Below, piece after piece: positions 9,528 through 22,439 of a DNA stretch of 64,000 nucleotides; position 1 is the stretch's first letter, and every line of letters begins with the position of its first letter. The DNA is taken from positions 45,570,001-45,634,000 of the forward strand of contig OZ024747.1 in NCBI GenBank assembly GCA_964016885.1, given 5' to 3'. The position numbers and the translations under genes were made by a program. The notes under the pieces were generated by a model. It had not been told where the DNA came from. It made no database searches and saw only the letters and a list, made by a program, of their open reading frames with translations. The stretch is from Eledone cirrhosa. Taxonomy: Eukaryota.

Positions 9528-11176
9528 TAACCACAAGGGTTGACACAAAGTATAACATTAAGGACAATACAAATGGGCATTTCTGCATGTAAAAAAAACA
9601 AAAACAGAGTGTGATAAAAGGAAACAATGAAACGTTCCCAAAAGGAGGGTGACCTCCGAGGGTTGCTCGTGTAGAAAGCTCACAAGATAAGCCATGGTTA
9701 CCCTGACCGCTAGGAAAATGCTCTCTTCCAGTTTTCCTCCTACAATGCTACAGGCACACGATCAGGGTAGACCCATTCACACCAGCCATTCTTGCCTCTC
9801 TCACCCACCTTTCAACAAACTGGCTGGAGGTCAGCACTTCCCTCTCCACCCTGATTTTCCTCTTCAGGTGAAACCTGAAAAAGTTAATAAGGGCGTCACC
9901 GAAGAGGAAAGTACTGATCTTCAACCCTTTCAGACGTGTCCACCATACAATCTCTTTTACCATGGCCACAAGGCAGATAAAAACTGTCTGCCCTTCTCGG
10001 CTAAAAGAAGGCAGCGGGGCTATCTTCACGATGGATTCAGCTGATAGCCGGATCCGTTCTACACGTGACAGCAGGTGTTCGGCATAAACCCACAAATCAG
10101 TAATGCTTGGACACTGGACGAGTGCGTGCAGGACAGTTTCATCGCCCTGTGCGCATCTAGGACAGGTTCGGCTGATGGCACTTCCATGCTTGTAGAGTCT
10201 ATCCCGAACTGGCAAGGGTCCTCGGTAGCACTGCCAGGCCAGGGATTACTGGAAGTTATCCATGGGCCCCGGCCCGAAAGTTCTCTCGAAGAGATTGGCG
10301 AGTTGGTTTTCGTCGATGCCTACATTCTCCCCAAGGATGTCGTTGCTCTTTCCTTCCACTAATCCTCTATAGAAAGCCAAGGCGGAGTTTCCAGCGATTG
10401 TATTGCTCAACTGGTCGAGGGCTGTAAGCGCCTGAAGACATTCTAGTCTCCAAGCGCTTCCTCTCAGTCTTCGCTTGACCCAGGACTGCAGCTCTGCCAA
10501 GGAGACAAGCTGGGGAAACATGTGTCTAGCAAAGGGCGACCACACCTGATCATCGTCGAGGAAGCGGTGGAGATGCCGTAGCCTCAGCGCATGTCTGCAC
10601 ATCTTCAGCCACGGCATGTCCAGCTCTCCGCATAGCGGGTGTTGACAGCAGATGGACTGCCTGACCATCGGAGCCCGTCCCTTCCACAAAAAAGAGAAAG
10701 AGCAAATGCTCCAGTGCAGTCAGGTGAGGCTTAGGACAAGGCACGTCGGTCAGGCGGTAGTAGATGACGGACACGATGTACGCATTCGCCACCCCCGCTC
10801 GACCTTTAAGGGATAGCTTCCTCTCGGCCCATTTCTGGGTGAGAGAAAACACCTTGCTCGTGAAAACACCTCGCTCGTGACCTCCTCCCAGTTTTTGTCT
10901 GTCTGGAGGTCCGGACCAAACCAGACCCCTAGCAATTTAACCGGTCTGTCCGTCGAGCGCCCGACTTCACTGTTAGGCAGCATGGACCTGCCTCTCCAAG
11001 TGCCGAGTTGCAGGCCTACTGATTTTTCCTGGTTGATCATTGCTCCTGGCAGTACCTCATATTCTCTTAGTGTGGTGCCGATTGCCTCGATGTGTTTGGT
11101 GTTCTACACCACTACGGTGATGTCGTCTGCATAAGCTGACACTGTTCTTCCGCATCCTAGTTCACGTGGGATCCCT
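9528..11176 (-). mobile_element. Tx1 copy 2, 5'-truncated and frameshifted (YADD region to 3' UTR)
   Basis: ORF fragments 9748-10215, 10246-10689, 10550-10852 and 10750-11040 match the copy 1 ORF2 C-terminus. Confidence 0.95.
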
Positions 11177-11182
11177 AAAAAA

Positions 11183-11735
11183 AATAATTTCTAGTATAGG
11201 CACAAGGCCAGTAATTTACAGAGATGGGAAAGTCAAATAAATTGAGACCAGTGCATTACTGCTACTTTATTTTACCGACCCCATAAGGATGAAAATCAAA
11301 ATTAACCTCGGCGGGATTTGAACTCAGATCATAAAGGGCCGCAACTCTATGCTGTGATGCAAAGTCTCCAACACTCTACCGATAATGATAATAATTGTTT
11401 CTTATATAGGCACAAGGCCAGCAATTTTGAGGGAGGGGAAAGTCGATCAAATCGACCCCAGTGCGTGACTGGTACTTTATTTTATCGACCCCGTAAGGAT
11501 GAAAGGCAAAGTTACCCTCAGCGGGATTTGAACTCAGATCATAAAGGGCCGTAACTCTATGCTGCGAAGCATGGCATCCGACCCTCTACCGATAATGATA
11601 ATAATAATTGTTTCTACGTTTAGGCACAAGGCCAGCAATTACCCAGTGCATTACTGGTACTTTATTTTATCGACCCCGTAAGGATGAAAGGCAAAGTTAA
11701 CCTCGGCGGGATTTGAACTCAGAATGACAAGGGCC
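11183..11735 (-). mobile_element. Three tandem SINE-A copies (about 11183-11384, 11393-11594, 11605-11735)
   Basis: Each has core and tail; junction CCGATAATGATAATAAT occurs three times. Confidence 0.9.
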
Positions 11736-13710
11736 GATAATGATAATAATAATAATAATAAAAATAAATTCCATATATATTTATATACACACACATACAC
11801 ACAATCACACGCTCACCCTCTGTCTCTCTCACACACACAAGCACACTCTCAGTCTCTCTCTCACACACATACACACACATATATACATATTTGAAAAAAT
11901 TAATCAAGGTAAAAATCTATTTTATAGTGAGATGATAATATAATTCAGGGCGATCAAATATTGCTTGCAGAATTCTAAATATTTCTGAAAAAATATATAG
12001 TTCATCTTTTTAATGTATTTATTGGGATGTTTGTTGAATTAGTATTAATTTAAAAAAATCCCTTGCAACTGTGATCTGATGGCGTAGTACTTTTGATACT
12101 TAATTTTCAATAACTGGTTTGGATTTACCAGCTTGTTCTTTGTTAAATTTAGTTCATCTTTTTTTTATAAAATGACAAAAATTAAAAAAGATAAATATAT
12201 TTGTAAGAGTTCCTGTTGCATGATTTAGTAAGTTTGAATAAATAATGGTTTATTTCTTATCAGTTCCACTGTAGAATATCAAATGTTAAAATACAGTTCA
12301 ATCTAGCAAGTTGTAAATAGATTATTATTGTTGTCATTTATCACCAGATAAGCCTGATTGTGTATACCTGTGATCAAAGGTATTCAAACTATGGCTATTA
12401 CATCTGTTTGGGTATAAGGGACTAAACAGACAAATGTGTTCTTAATATTTTTAAGATTGTACGAGTGATTTCAGGTAAATTTGACTGATGACTCGAGCAA
12501 GTCAAGTGATCATATCAAGTACCAATAGAAGGTAATATTCATTGCTATAAGCAACGAGGTAGCAATACATAATTAACAACTGTTTAGGTAGCAGAATGAC
12601 AAGAATACAATCATAATCCACTCTACTGTGCCATTCTTTTGAATATATAACCAAAGATCAAGGCTTCAGTTACACCCTAATGACTCAATGGATTACAGAC
12701 TTCCCTAAACGCAAATATGATTTATTTGATTATTTGACTGAATGGATCCCAAACTTTGGCATGCATTTAATTTGATTTACAATATGATTGGTGTTATAAT
12801 AAAGAAATTAATACATTACATATGACATTAAGGAATAGGTGCAGATATGAACGAATTATGAACTATGTTTATTAGGTATAACTTATATTCCATATTTCAT
12901 GATATATTCTGTAAACTGTAAACAAAGTGCCAAATGTATTAGTGTTTGGTCTTCTGTGGGAGCCAGTATTTGAAAGTGAGATAGATAGGCATATTCTCTG
13001 TATCATGGTAAACTGGTATATTATGTAAGTTGAAATAGATTGATACACTTCTTTTACAATTTAATAGATTTCTTCCATAAAATCGTGCCTCAGGAAGGAG
13101 CCCCATGAGGCAAAGTGGCTAATGCATCTGGTGTCATTGGCTGTTCTTCATGGTGTCTGCAAGATGTAGCTGAGATATACCACATTGACTGGTGCACTAT
13201 TCAATGTAAATATTTCTTTCTCCTTTTTTCAAATATACAAACGTTGATGAGTTGTAAATTTAATACTTCATAAGAAGAGATAGCTTTCTGTATGAGATAA
13301 CTCAATAGAAGATAATCTAGATAGTTTGACCAGCCTCACTATGGTATCATTAACTAGATGAGAGACAAATCATTTTCTTGGTTATCCACGTGTGTTGCAC
13401 TCTATAATGTCACCAATTTAGTAATGCAGCAAGTTATTATACTATATTCTTATAGCACAATGAAATCTCTATGTGGTGATACATTCTGCTAGATATGGCA
13501 GCTAAATTTCCCTTAAGTTATACCCTACTGTTTTGAAAGTTATGGACACACTGGATAATTATTCTTGCGATACAATATGTGAGAGATGTAATTATCGTGG
13601 CTGAATGGTTAATGCTTTTCACCATGTTTGCTTATTCAGCACTGCCTGAAGCTAAACAACAACACTAAACTGACAGTTAAATTAACTAAGTCATTGAATT
13701 GTTAATTGAC

Positions 13711-13995
13711 TTGGTCATGGATACAACACAGCTTTGATGACAAAATACATACTGTCAAATTCTTGTCCATGGAAACAGCATAGCTCGGATGACAAAATAC
13801 ACACTGTCAAAGTCTTGGTAATGGAATCAGCACAGCTTTGGTGACATAATACACACTGTCAAAGTCTTGATGATAAAATACATGTCAACATCTTGGTCAT
13901 GGACACAGCACAGCTTTGGTGACAAAATACATCCTGTCAACTTCTTGGTCATGGACACAGCACAGATTTGATGACAAAATACATATTGTCTACTT
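13711..13995. repeat. About 52-bp minisatellite, 5-6 degenerate units
   Basis: Unit TTGGTCATGGACACAGCACAGCTTTGATGACAAAATACATACTGTCAAA(G/T)TC. Confidence 0.9.
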
Positions 13996-14531
13996 CCTTA
14001 TAGATGATTGACTTGATTATTTATTGTATGCTCATTAATTGTCATTAATTTCCAAATATAAATGTTTAAATGTTGAAACAAAAGAGCTGTTACTGAAGAA
14101 AAGACACTAAAAGTTAAAAATAAAGGAATGGAATTTCTTTTTTTTTGTGTGTGTGTGGGAAGATTCTTACTTTGATGAATTTGCACATGAAGATAAGTAT
14201 CAAAAATTGAATTTTGATTGCAAAAGAACATACTAACACTGATAAATTATGAAAATTGTCCCCTTGAGCTAAAACGAAAGCTAAATGTACAGTTTACAGA
14301 ATTTGAAATTGTTTGTGTTAAGCAAATATGTTTTATTATGCTACTTGATCTTGCATTTGTGTGATCAAATTTTACAGATTCTTCTTTTTTTTTCTTTTGT
14401 AACTTCAATTTTTTCTCTTTGATGTTTGATTTTTTTTTAACATTAATGAAATTCTACCAATTCTACCAGCGAGCAATTATAAAGTTTGGAACATTTTAAA
14501 ACATTATTAGTTTTGCTCATTTTATTAAATA

Positions 14532-15086
14532 CTAGCAGAATGGCCCGGCGTTGCTCGGGATTCTAAACATAGATTGGTATGTTTATCCCTCCTTTCTGAA
14601 ACAGTTTCGTCGTATGTTCACCAATTGATGCAGAAGTCTTAATAAAAACCTTAATAAAGTCTTAATGAAAACCTTAATAAAGTCGCCTTGGCTGAATAGG
14701 TAAATAATTTTCCATTAAGATTTTTCAACAGCATGTAATTGCGTTCCCTCTCTTTTTTGTTGTTGTTTTTGCTGCTGTCGAGCCTCGTGAAATAAATACG
14801 TTTGTTTATATTTTGTTATTGTGTATGCAAAAATATCTGTACATCATCATCTCATCATCTTCGTTTAACGTCCATTTTCCACGCTAGCATGGGTTAGACG
14901 GTACTAACTTCTGATTAATATGTAGGGGTGCTGTAGTTACATACAGTATGTCTTAGGAAGAATAAACCTGGTGGAGTCGATTTTTACTCCAGGTCTGAAC
15001 ACAGCTGATTTTATCAAGAAAAGGAGAGAAAGGGATAGAGATGAAGTGTGAAAGAGATATAGACATAATCCACACCAATATTTGAC

Positions 15087-15134
<48 letters not shown>

Positions 15135-15569
15135 TAGCAGATTAAAGTTTAAGCGAAGAATCGCTGCTTTCACCCTTAAAGGGATCTTCTGAAACTAAAA
15201 AAATCAATCTGTGAACGCAGAAGTAAATATTTCGAAAAACGTTACACACTATATATACATATACACACACACACACACACAGCATCATAATGTCGAAATG
15301 CAGACAGCCAAACATACAGACAGATATTATAAGGGTGCGACGTTGTAGCTATGTATCAATCTAAAAAGACAGACTAAGAATTATAGAGAGATCGCTAAAC
15401 GGCGCCTAATGCGGTCCCTAGGGCATTGAAAATTTGAAATATGTTTTGCTCAAAACACTCACAAAACCATAAGTATTACATGTGTAAAGTTTGAAAAAAA
15501 TCGGTTGGGTGGTTCTCGAGTTTTAGGGAGTCAGACAGACACAGACATTCTGTGTTTTAGATATATAGA
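14532..15569 (-). mobile_element. Non-autonomous Helitron-like element, composite interior
   Basis: Minus strand A|TCTATATATCTAAAAC...CCCGAGCAACGCCGGGCCATTCTGCTAG|T (TC start, subterminal GC hairpin, CTAG end, AT target); 5' module shared with 51830-52445. Confidence 0.75.
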
Positions 15570-15571
15570 TT

Positions 15572-16498
15572 AAACGGAAAAAATGAAACGGAATTTCATT
15601 TCCCACTCTTAGTACGGCTGTTACTTCAATATAAGTATGTATACGTACATACATATATGTATACAGACGTACAGTAGTATCTATATATATATATATACAT
15701 ACATGCACACACATATATATATGTACGTATGGATTCACCAAACATTTATTATAATGCTCGGTGTGTTTGTAAACAAACATCCTGAATTAAGCCGTAGTGT
15801 CTAGCAACCATCGTTGCTCATTTGTTCAACACTGACAAAGGAACGCTGTACTAGTTTCAAGCTTATTAGCTATCGTCAGCAACGTATACCTTCCTGCCAG
15901 ATGGTTGAACGTCTGAAAGTATATACTTTCCTTATGCATATTAACGGGTGAGCAGCCTATTATTATAATAAATGTTCGGTGAATCCATGCGTATATATAT
16001 ATATGTGTGCATGTATGTATATATATATACATACTACTGTACGTCTGTATACATATATGTATGTACGTATACATACTTATATTTAAGTAACAGCCGTACT
16101 AAGAGTGGGAAATGAAATTTCGTTTCATTTCCGTTTATCGTTTTCGTTACCCCGGCCAATTAACTCACTCGATATGCAAATTAGGCTGCTCAGCCATTAA
16201 TATGTATAAGGAAAGTATATACTTTCAGAAGTTCAACCATCTGGCAGGAAGGTATACGTTGCAGACGATAGCTAATAAGCTTGAAACTAATACAGCGTTC
16301 CTTTGTCAGTGTTGAACAAATGAGCAACGATGGTTGCTAGACACTGTACGGCTTAATACGGGATGTTTGTTTACAAACACACCGAGCATTATAATAAATG
16401 TTCGGTGAATCCATACGTATATATATGTGTGCATGTATGTATATATATATACATACTACTGTACGTCTGTATACATATATTTATGTACGTATACATAC
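15572..16498. repeat. Nested inverted repeat A-B-A'-spacer-B'-A'
   Basis: 15572-15755 inverted at 15961-16136 and 16388-16498; 15756-15959 inverted at 16182-16388. Confidence 0.9.
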
Positions 16499-18008
16499 TG
16501 ATATATAGATTGTTGTTTACAAATATGATGTAACAATCTTCACATTGACTTTCAGCTACTTCCATTAAGAAAAGCAATCTATATTATGATATTTATAAGG
16601 ACATAATTGCAGTGAACTGACAGAGTAATTAGATTGTCATATAGAATGTGTTGTGGTGTTCATTCTGAATTTCTGTGCACTGGTTCAGAACTCACTGAAT
16701 CGAGGTCAGTAAAAGCGTACTGGTCAAGTATTGGTGTGGATTATATCTATAACTCTTTCTCACTTCATCTCTATCCCTTTCTCTCCTTTTCTTGATGAAA
16801 TCATCTGTGTTCAAACCTGGAGAAAAAATCGACTCTACCAGGTTTATTCTTCCCAAGACATACTGTATGTAACTACAGCACCCCTACATATTAATCAGAA
16901 GTTATTGGTCCACACATACCTACATAGCTATATAGATTTGCATTAATTATTGGTATGTCTGAGTCCCCAGGAATGGAATTAAAATGCCTATAATGTACAG
17001 CTGCTGAAAGGAAAGATGAAAGGGAAAAAAACAATGTGGATGAATAAAGAAAAGAGAAAAAGCAGAGAGGAGAATGAAAAGGAAGTGTGAGAATTTATTT
17101 TATTCTTACCCAATATTTGCAATTCAAATGATGATGATACACATAAATATAAGTATATATATATATATATTTTGTTAGCAATTGTAATTATATTTCCATC
17201 ATTTAAATTTGAAACAACTGCATTTCAAATGTTTGCAATGTGAAACAATATTGAACTTAAATCTTTCATTGTTGAACATGTTTGACATACCTTATTATTC
17301 TCATGTACAATAGAATCTTAAGTCTGTTAGTATTATGTATTTATATTGAAACTAATAACTTCTCATTGTAGTAATTTTATTCTCTTCTATTGTGCCATTG
17401 TTGGAACTATACGAAAGGTATCATTTTATTATTTCCTGAAAATGTGAAAGGATATTATAAAAATTATTAAACAGGATCCCGCACAGTAATATGGTCTAAA
17501 ATGTCAAAATACAACTAATCGATTCTTTCAAAATAACTACTGTTACATAAATCTGGTTAAATAACTTGAGACTAAGAATTGATATTTATAGATGACATCT
17601 TTAAAAAAATGTTGTTTGATTTAATGTAATTTCCTGGGAATGTATGCAGTATATAGAAATTCCATTTTACAAATTACTTTTAACTTTAAAAAATAAAATG
17701 ATGATTGTAAATTTTGCAATATTTCAGCAATATTGTAAAGTTTAAAATGAATCAAATAAATGTATTATAAATATTAGAGAAATATTTCCAATATGAAAAC
17801 AAATGTAATGAAAAAAAAACAAATGCATTTGGGACTGAGAAAGTGTGTGGAAATCAAAACCTTATAATTTATCAAATCTTTGTTTTATATTTTAGAATGT
17901 ACTGTTTCATTGAAAAAACAAACAAAAGAAAACATAATATACAGACTTAATTTAAAATGACAGATATTTCACAGTAAACACTAATGTGTATGTGTATATA
18001 TATATATA

Positions 18009-18057
<49 letters not shown>

Positions 18058-18809
18058 ATTAAATATTAATTAGTCTCTAATAATATACTCTCATGAATAG
18101 AGTTCTTTAACTTAAAATTTACATGAGATCCATAATTAAAGAGTTTAATACTGAAGTCAATTCATCTTCTATTTTTCTCTCTCTTCTTCTCTGATGAAGA
18201 AATTGGCTATGTTCAGACATGGAAAGAAATAGGCTTTGCCAGGTTTAAACTTCTAAAGCAGTGGTACTCTTCAGAAGATCAGAGCCCATGGATGTCTAGA
18301 TTATTCTCTGCTAACATCCGAAAATTCCTCTTTGTGTAATTAAACATTTAATTGAATAATTAGACATGACATTGTGTGTATATATACCTTTCACTGAATT
18401 AGCCTCAGCAGAGAGAAACATTTTACACAGGAACTGTCTTCTGCACTTGTCAATTTACAAAATATATGATATTAAACATCACCTGATATAATGTTTCTTT
18501 TACCACATATCTGATTTTACTGTGAAACATTTACTTTGATATATCTTGAACTGTATCTGAACTATTCTGATAAGAGGTATGTAAACAAGAACAATGAAAA
18601 CTATAAAAATCAAGTAAAACGACAAGCAAAGAATAAAACAATATGGACCATGATAGTATAAACAAATAAATCTCACTAATACATAAAAAAAAAACTAGCA
18701 GTTGATTTCCAGTCAATGCAGTGCACTTGTATCAATCTCCAGGTCAGAGATACTCAGCAGTATATTTTTTACTCTTTATAGTAACAAAATAAAACCAAAA
18801 CGAATGTTT

Positions 18810-18846
18810 CAGGTTCTGTGTGTTCCTAAATGACTAATATAATATG

Positions 18847-18912
<66 letters not shown>

Positions 18913-19065
18913 TGTATATATATATATATATACACAAACACACACACAAACACACACACTCACTCACACACACACTCACACATACACACACACACACATA
19001 TATATATATATGTAGATATAGATATATACATATTATATTAGTCATTTATGAACACACAGAAACTG
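18810..19065. repeat. Quasi-palindrome centred on TA/TG/CA microsatellite
   Basis: 18810-18853 is the reverse complement of 19022-19065 (2 mismatches); (TG)n is mirrored by (CA)n inside. Confidence 0.9.
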
Positions 19066-19167
19066 GTACATGATGAAGGACCGTGACAAGTGGAGAGATG
19101 CTGTGCTGAATAGGACCCGTCCCACCCTTGCAAGCAGGGAAAAGCAGACGTAAAATGATGATGATGA

Positions 19168-19257
<90 letters not shown>

Positions 19258-20451
19258 GGAATTTAGATAGATAGAATGCTAGATGTGTAAAAGTCTCTGC
19301 AATTATTTTGGCTTTGTTGTCCACATCTGCTTGATGATAACATGTGTGAAAAATTGTATCAGAGCAAACCCATAAATCGAGTAACAATATCCAAATAGAA
19401 CATAACAAGGCATGGCATTAAATATTTTAAGATTTGTAGTGATAATGTGTTGCAGATTATAAGGCATCCAAGAAATCTATGTATAAGTTTATTACTGAAA
19501 AAACCTTTAACAGCAGAATAAGTCTATACTGTTGATGAAATATTGTTGTTCAACTGACATCATTGCCTCAGGAAAACATTTGTAATAGATGATAGATCGA
19601 CTTCAGGAATTAAGGATGTCAAAAATGTATTAACTGTGCTATGATATGCTAATGCAATAGGTATCCATAACTTGTGTTAGGCAAATGTTTGCATCTTCAC
19701 TGTTTTAAAAGTATGAATATGTTATTAGTTCATTACTATGCTAACAAAAATGTATGTATCACCAGGGACAATGTTTTCTAATTAGCTAAACAAATGTTTT
19801 GTTCTAGTGTTTCATTCTCATTGCAGTGAAATATCAGAATGGATGCCAAGTGCAAGATTTTACTATTACTGATTACTGGACAAATGTATTGTACATTCTT
19901 CAGTTGAATTTCTGGTAAATAATACAGTTTATGCACTATATTTTATCCAAAATGTGATGTAATTAATCATTGAAGACTAAATTTAAAGCCACTTTCTTGA
20001 ATGACATGCTGGTAGCAGTGGACAGAGGTCACTGGATGTGGAAAGCTTGCAAAAGGAATTTATTGGTAAGTGTCTTATATACAGTTGCAAATGCCTGAGA
20101 TCAGGTAATTACAGATCCCATTGGCCCAGGCTCTATGCTAGAAATATAATCAATGACCCTGTTGAACAAATGTCAATATTTCCTAATGTCAAGTGAAAAA
20201 ATATTATATTAGATGCCTTTATATATGGAAGAAGTAATCCACCACAATCCATCTGTAAACTGGATGTTGAAAAACTAAAGTGACTCCAAGCATTCATTGC
20301 ATTACAGTAGGTGGAATAACTGAAATGACTTTATAATATTAGATATAGATGACATGGTTAACACTGTAAAAATGGTGTCCATAGATAGGGTGAAGATGTG
20401 GGATAAACTTAATGAAAATTAGAGCTGTGTGCATTTCTGGCAAAACAAGAA

Positions 20452-20668
20452 ATAATTGTTTCCATTTTGGGGACACGGCTAGCAATTTGAAGGGAAGGGG
20501 AAAGTCAATTAAATTGACCTAAGTGCATTACTCATACTTTATTTCATCAAAACTGTTCTAAGGATGAAAGGCAAAGCTAATCACAGCAGAATTTCAACTT
20601 ACGAGCACTAACTATATGCTTCAAATCATGTTGTCTGAAGCTTTATTGATATTGTTAACCCACCACCC
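20452..20668 (-). mobile_element. SINE-A, diverged
   Basis: Recognisable tail and AAGGATGAAAGGCAAAG core. Confidence 0.75.
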
Positions 20669-20696
20669 TAGAACAAGAAATAATAGTGTATAACGT

Positions 20697-21099
20697 GGAG
20701 GCACATGGCTTAGTGGTTAGAGCATGGGGCTTGCAATCGAAAGGTTGTGAGTTCAATTCTCAGACCGGGTGATGTGTTGTTTCCTTGAGCAAGACACTTT
20801 ATTTCACATTGCTCCAGTTCACTCAGCTGTAGAAATGAGATGATAGGGACTGGGGTCCGAGGTCCATATCATTCCACTGCAAAGTGGTCGTGGAGGTGCC
20901 ATGGCAAAAAAGCACTCAGCCCACACTGTAAAGTGGATGTGTAGGCACCACGGAAAAAAAGCATCCATCACTCACTGTAAATGAGGTTGATGTTAGGAAG
21001 GGCATCCGGCTGTAGAAATCAAGCCAGAATCAGTTGCCGCCCCACTCTTGCAAGCAGGGAAAAGAGGACATAAAATGATGATGATGAGGATGATGATGA
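20697..21099 (+). mobile_element. SINE-B (tRNA head, CORE-like domain, RTE-type (GAT)n tail)
   Basis: TGGCTTAGTGG A-box, GAGTTCAATTCT B-box, CCTTGAGCAAGACACTT CORE-like motif, AGGAAGGGCATCC segment shared with RTE 3' ends in this window. Confidence 0.85.
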
Positions 21100-21508
21100 A
21101 CTCCAATGACAGACTGCTAAGAGGAAAACCCTTGTTAATAATGGAGATATCACTTGAAAATTTATTTAAAAATTCCAAAACTTGTAGTGTTTGGTGCTGT
21201 ATTTATCTTTGTTTTGCAAACACTGATCATCATATATTTTGATGTAAATGCATTAAGTAGTGTACAAAATAATATTTTTACATTAACTCTGAATTTCACC
21301 TCTATATATTTAAATATAAATTTTATGAAGAATTTGGCTTTTAAAAATATCAACAAGTAGAAAATATGCACTGTTCACTCCTTTATATCTCATTGTTTTA
21401 TAAATGTTTCAATCACATTTCAACTATCAAGATGCATAACATACCACTTTAACTTTCATAAAAGTGATTTTCACATGTAATTATTATTCAATATTACAAA
21501 AGTCTTTG

Positions 21509-21730
21509 AGGGTGGTGGATTGGCAGTATCGGTAGAGAGTCGGACGCCATACTTTGCAGCAAAGAGTTACGGCCCTTTACGATCTGAGTTCAAATCCCGC
21601 CGAGGTTAACTTTGCCTTTCATCCTCACGGGGTCGATAAAATAAAGTACCAGTCACGCACTGGGGTCGATTTAATCGACTTTCCCCTCCCCCATAATCAC
21701 TGGCCTTGTGCCTATATAAGAAACCAATAT
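21509..21730 (+). mobile_element. SINE-A full-length (long form)
   Basis: TSD CAATATTACAAAAGTCTTTG at 21489-21508 and 21725-21744. Confidence 0.92.
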
Positions 21731-22003
21731 TACAAAAGTCTTTGGTTTCACAGGTAGAGGAATGAGAGGGAGAGTGGGTGGAAAGATATCTGATTTCCAT
21801 GAATATATATATTTATCTTGTATATAGTTATTATATATTAACTATATATATATATATTATATATGACCAAAAGTTAAACAAGGTTCATTGATTAATCAAT
21901 GAATATAGTTTTACAATAGATTAGAAGCACTCAACAGGAGGTTTTCTGGAGTTATTACTATTAATTCAAAATATTAATAAATGTAGACATTCACTTAATC
22001 AAA

Positions 22004-22075
22004 ATATATTTTATTATATATATTTCGGAGGTACTGTGCTGTTTTTTCAGTACGTCCTTATCAGACAAAATACAT
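22004..22075 (-). ncRNA. Minimal type I hammerhead ribozyme-like motif (core variant CUGAUAA)
   Basis: AUGUAUUUUGU-CUGAUAA-GGACGUACUG-loop-CAGUACCUCC-GAAA-UAUAUA-UA-AUAAAAUAUAU. Confidence 0.65.
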
Positions 22076-22130
22076 AAATTGATGTATGACATACCTCAAC
22101 TGTGCTGATGGTTCAATTCCAGTCTTGGCA

Positions 22131-22195
<65 letters not shown>

Positions 22196-22439
22196 ATATA
22201 TTATATATATATATTATATATATAAGATTACACCTTACCTTTCAGTTTCAATGAAATTCCCTTTTAACAAACCATTTAGTCTCCAGACCTTCTAGTTTCA
22301 TATGTGTGGGCTCTACAAATTTACATATCCAAATTTACATGTCAAATTCCATTTAGTGTATAGAATTAATAATTTTATTTATGGAATATATCATGTAAAT
22401 ACAGTTTAATAGAAAAAGAAAAAGAAAGAAAATTTAGAT

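Noticed and set aside
20697-20770. tRNA genes at SINE heads
   Set aside because: A/B boxes run on into SINE body and tail; no proper acceptor stem
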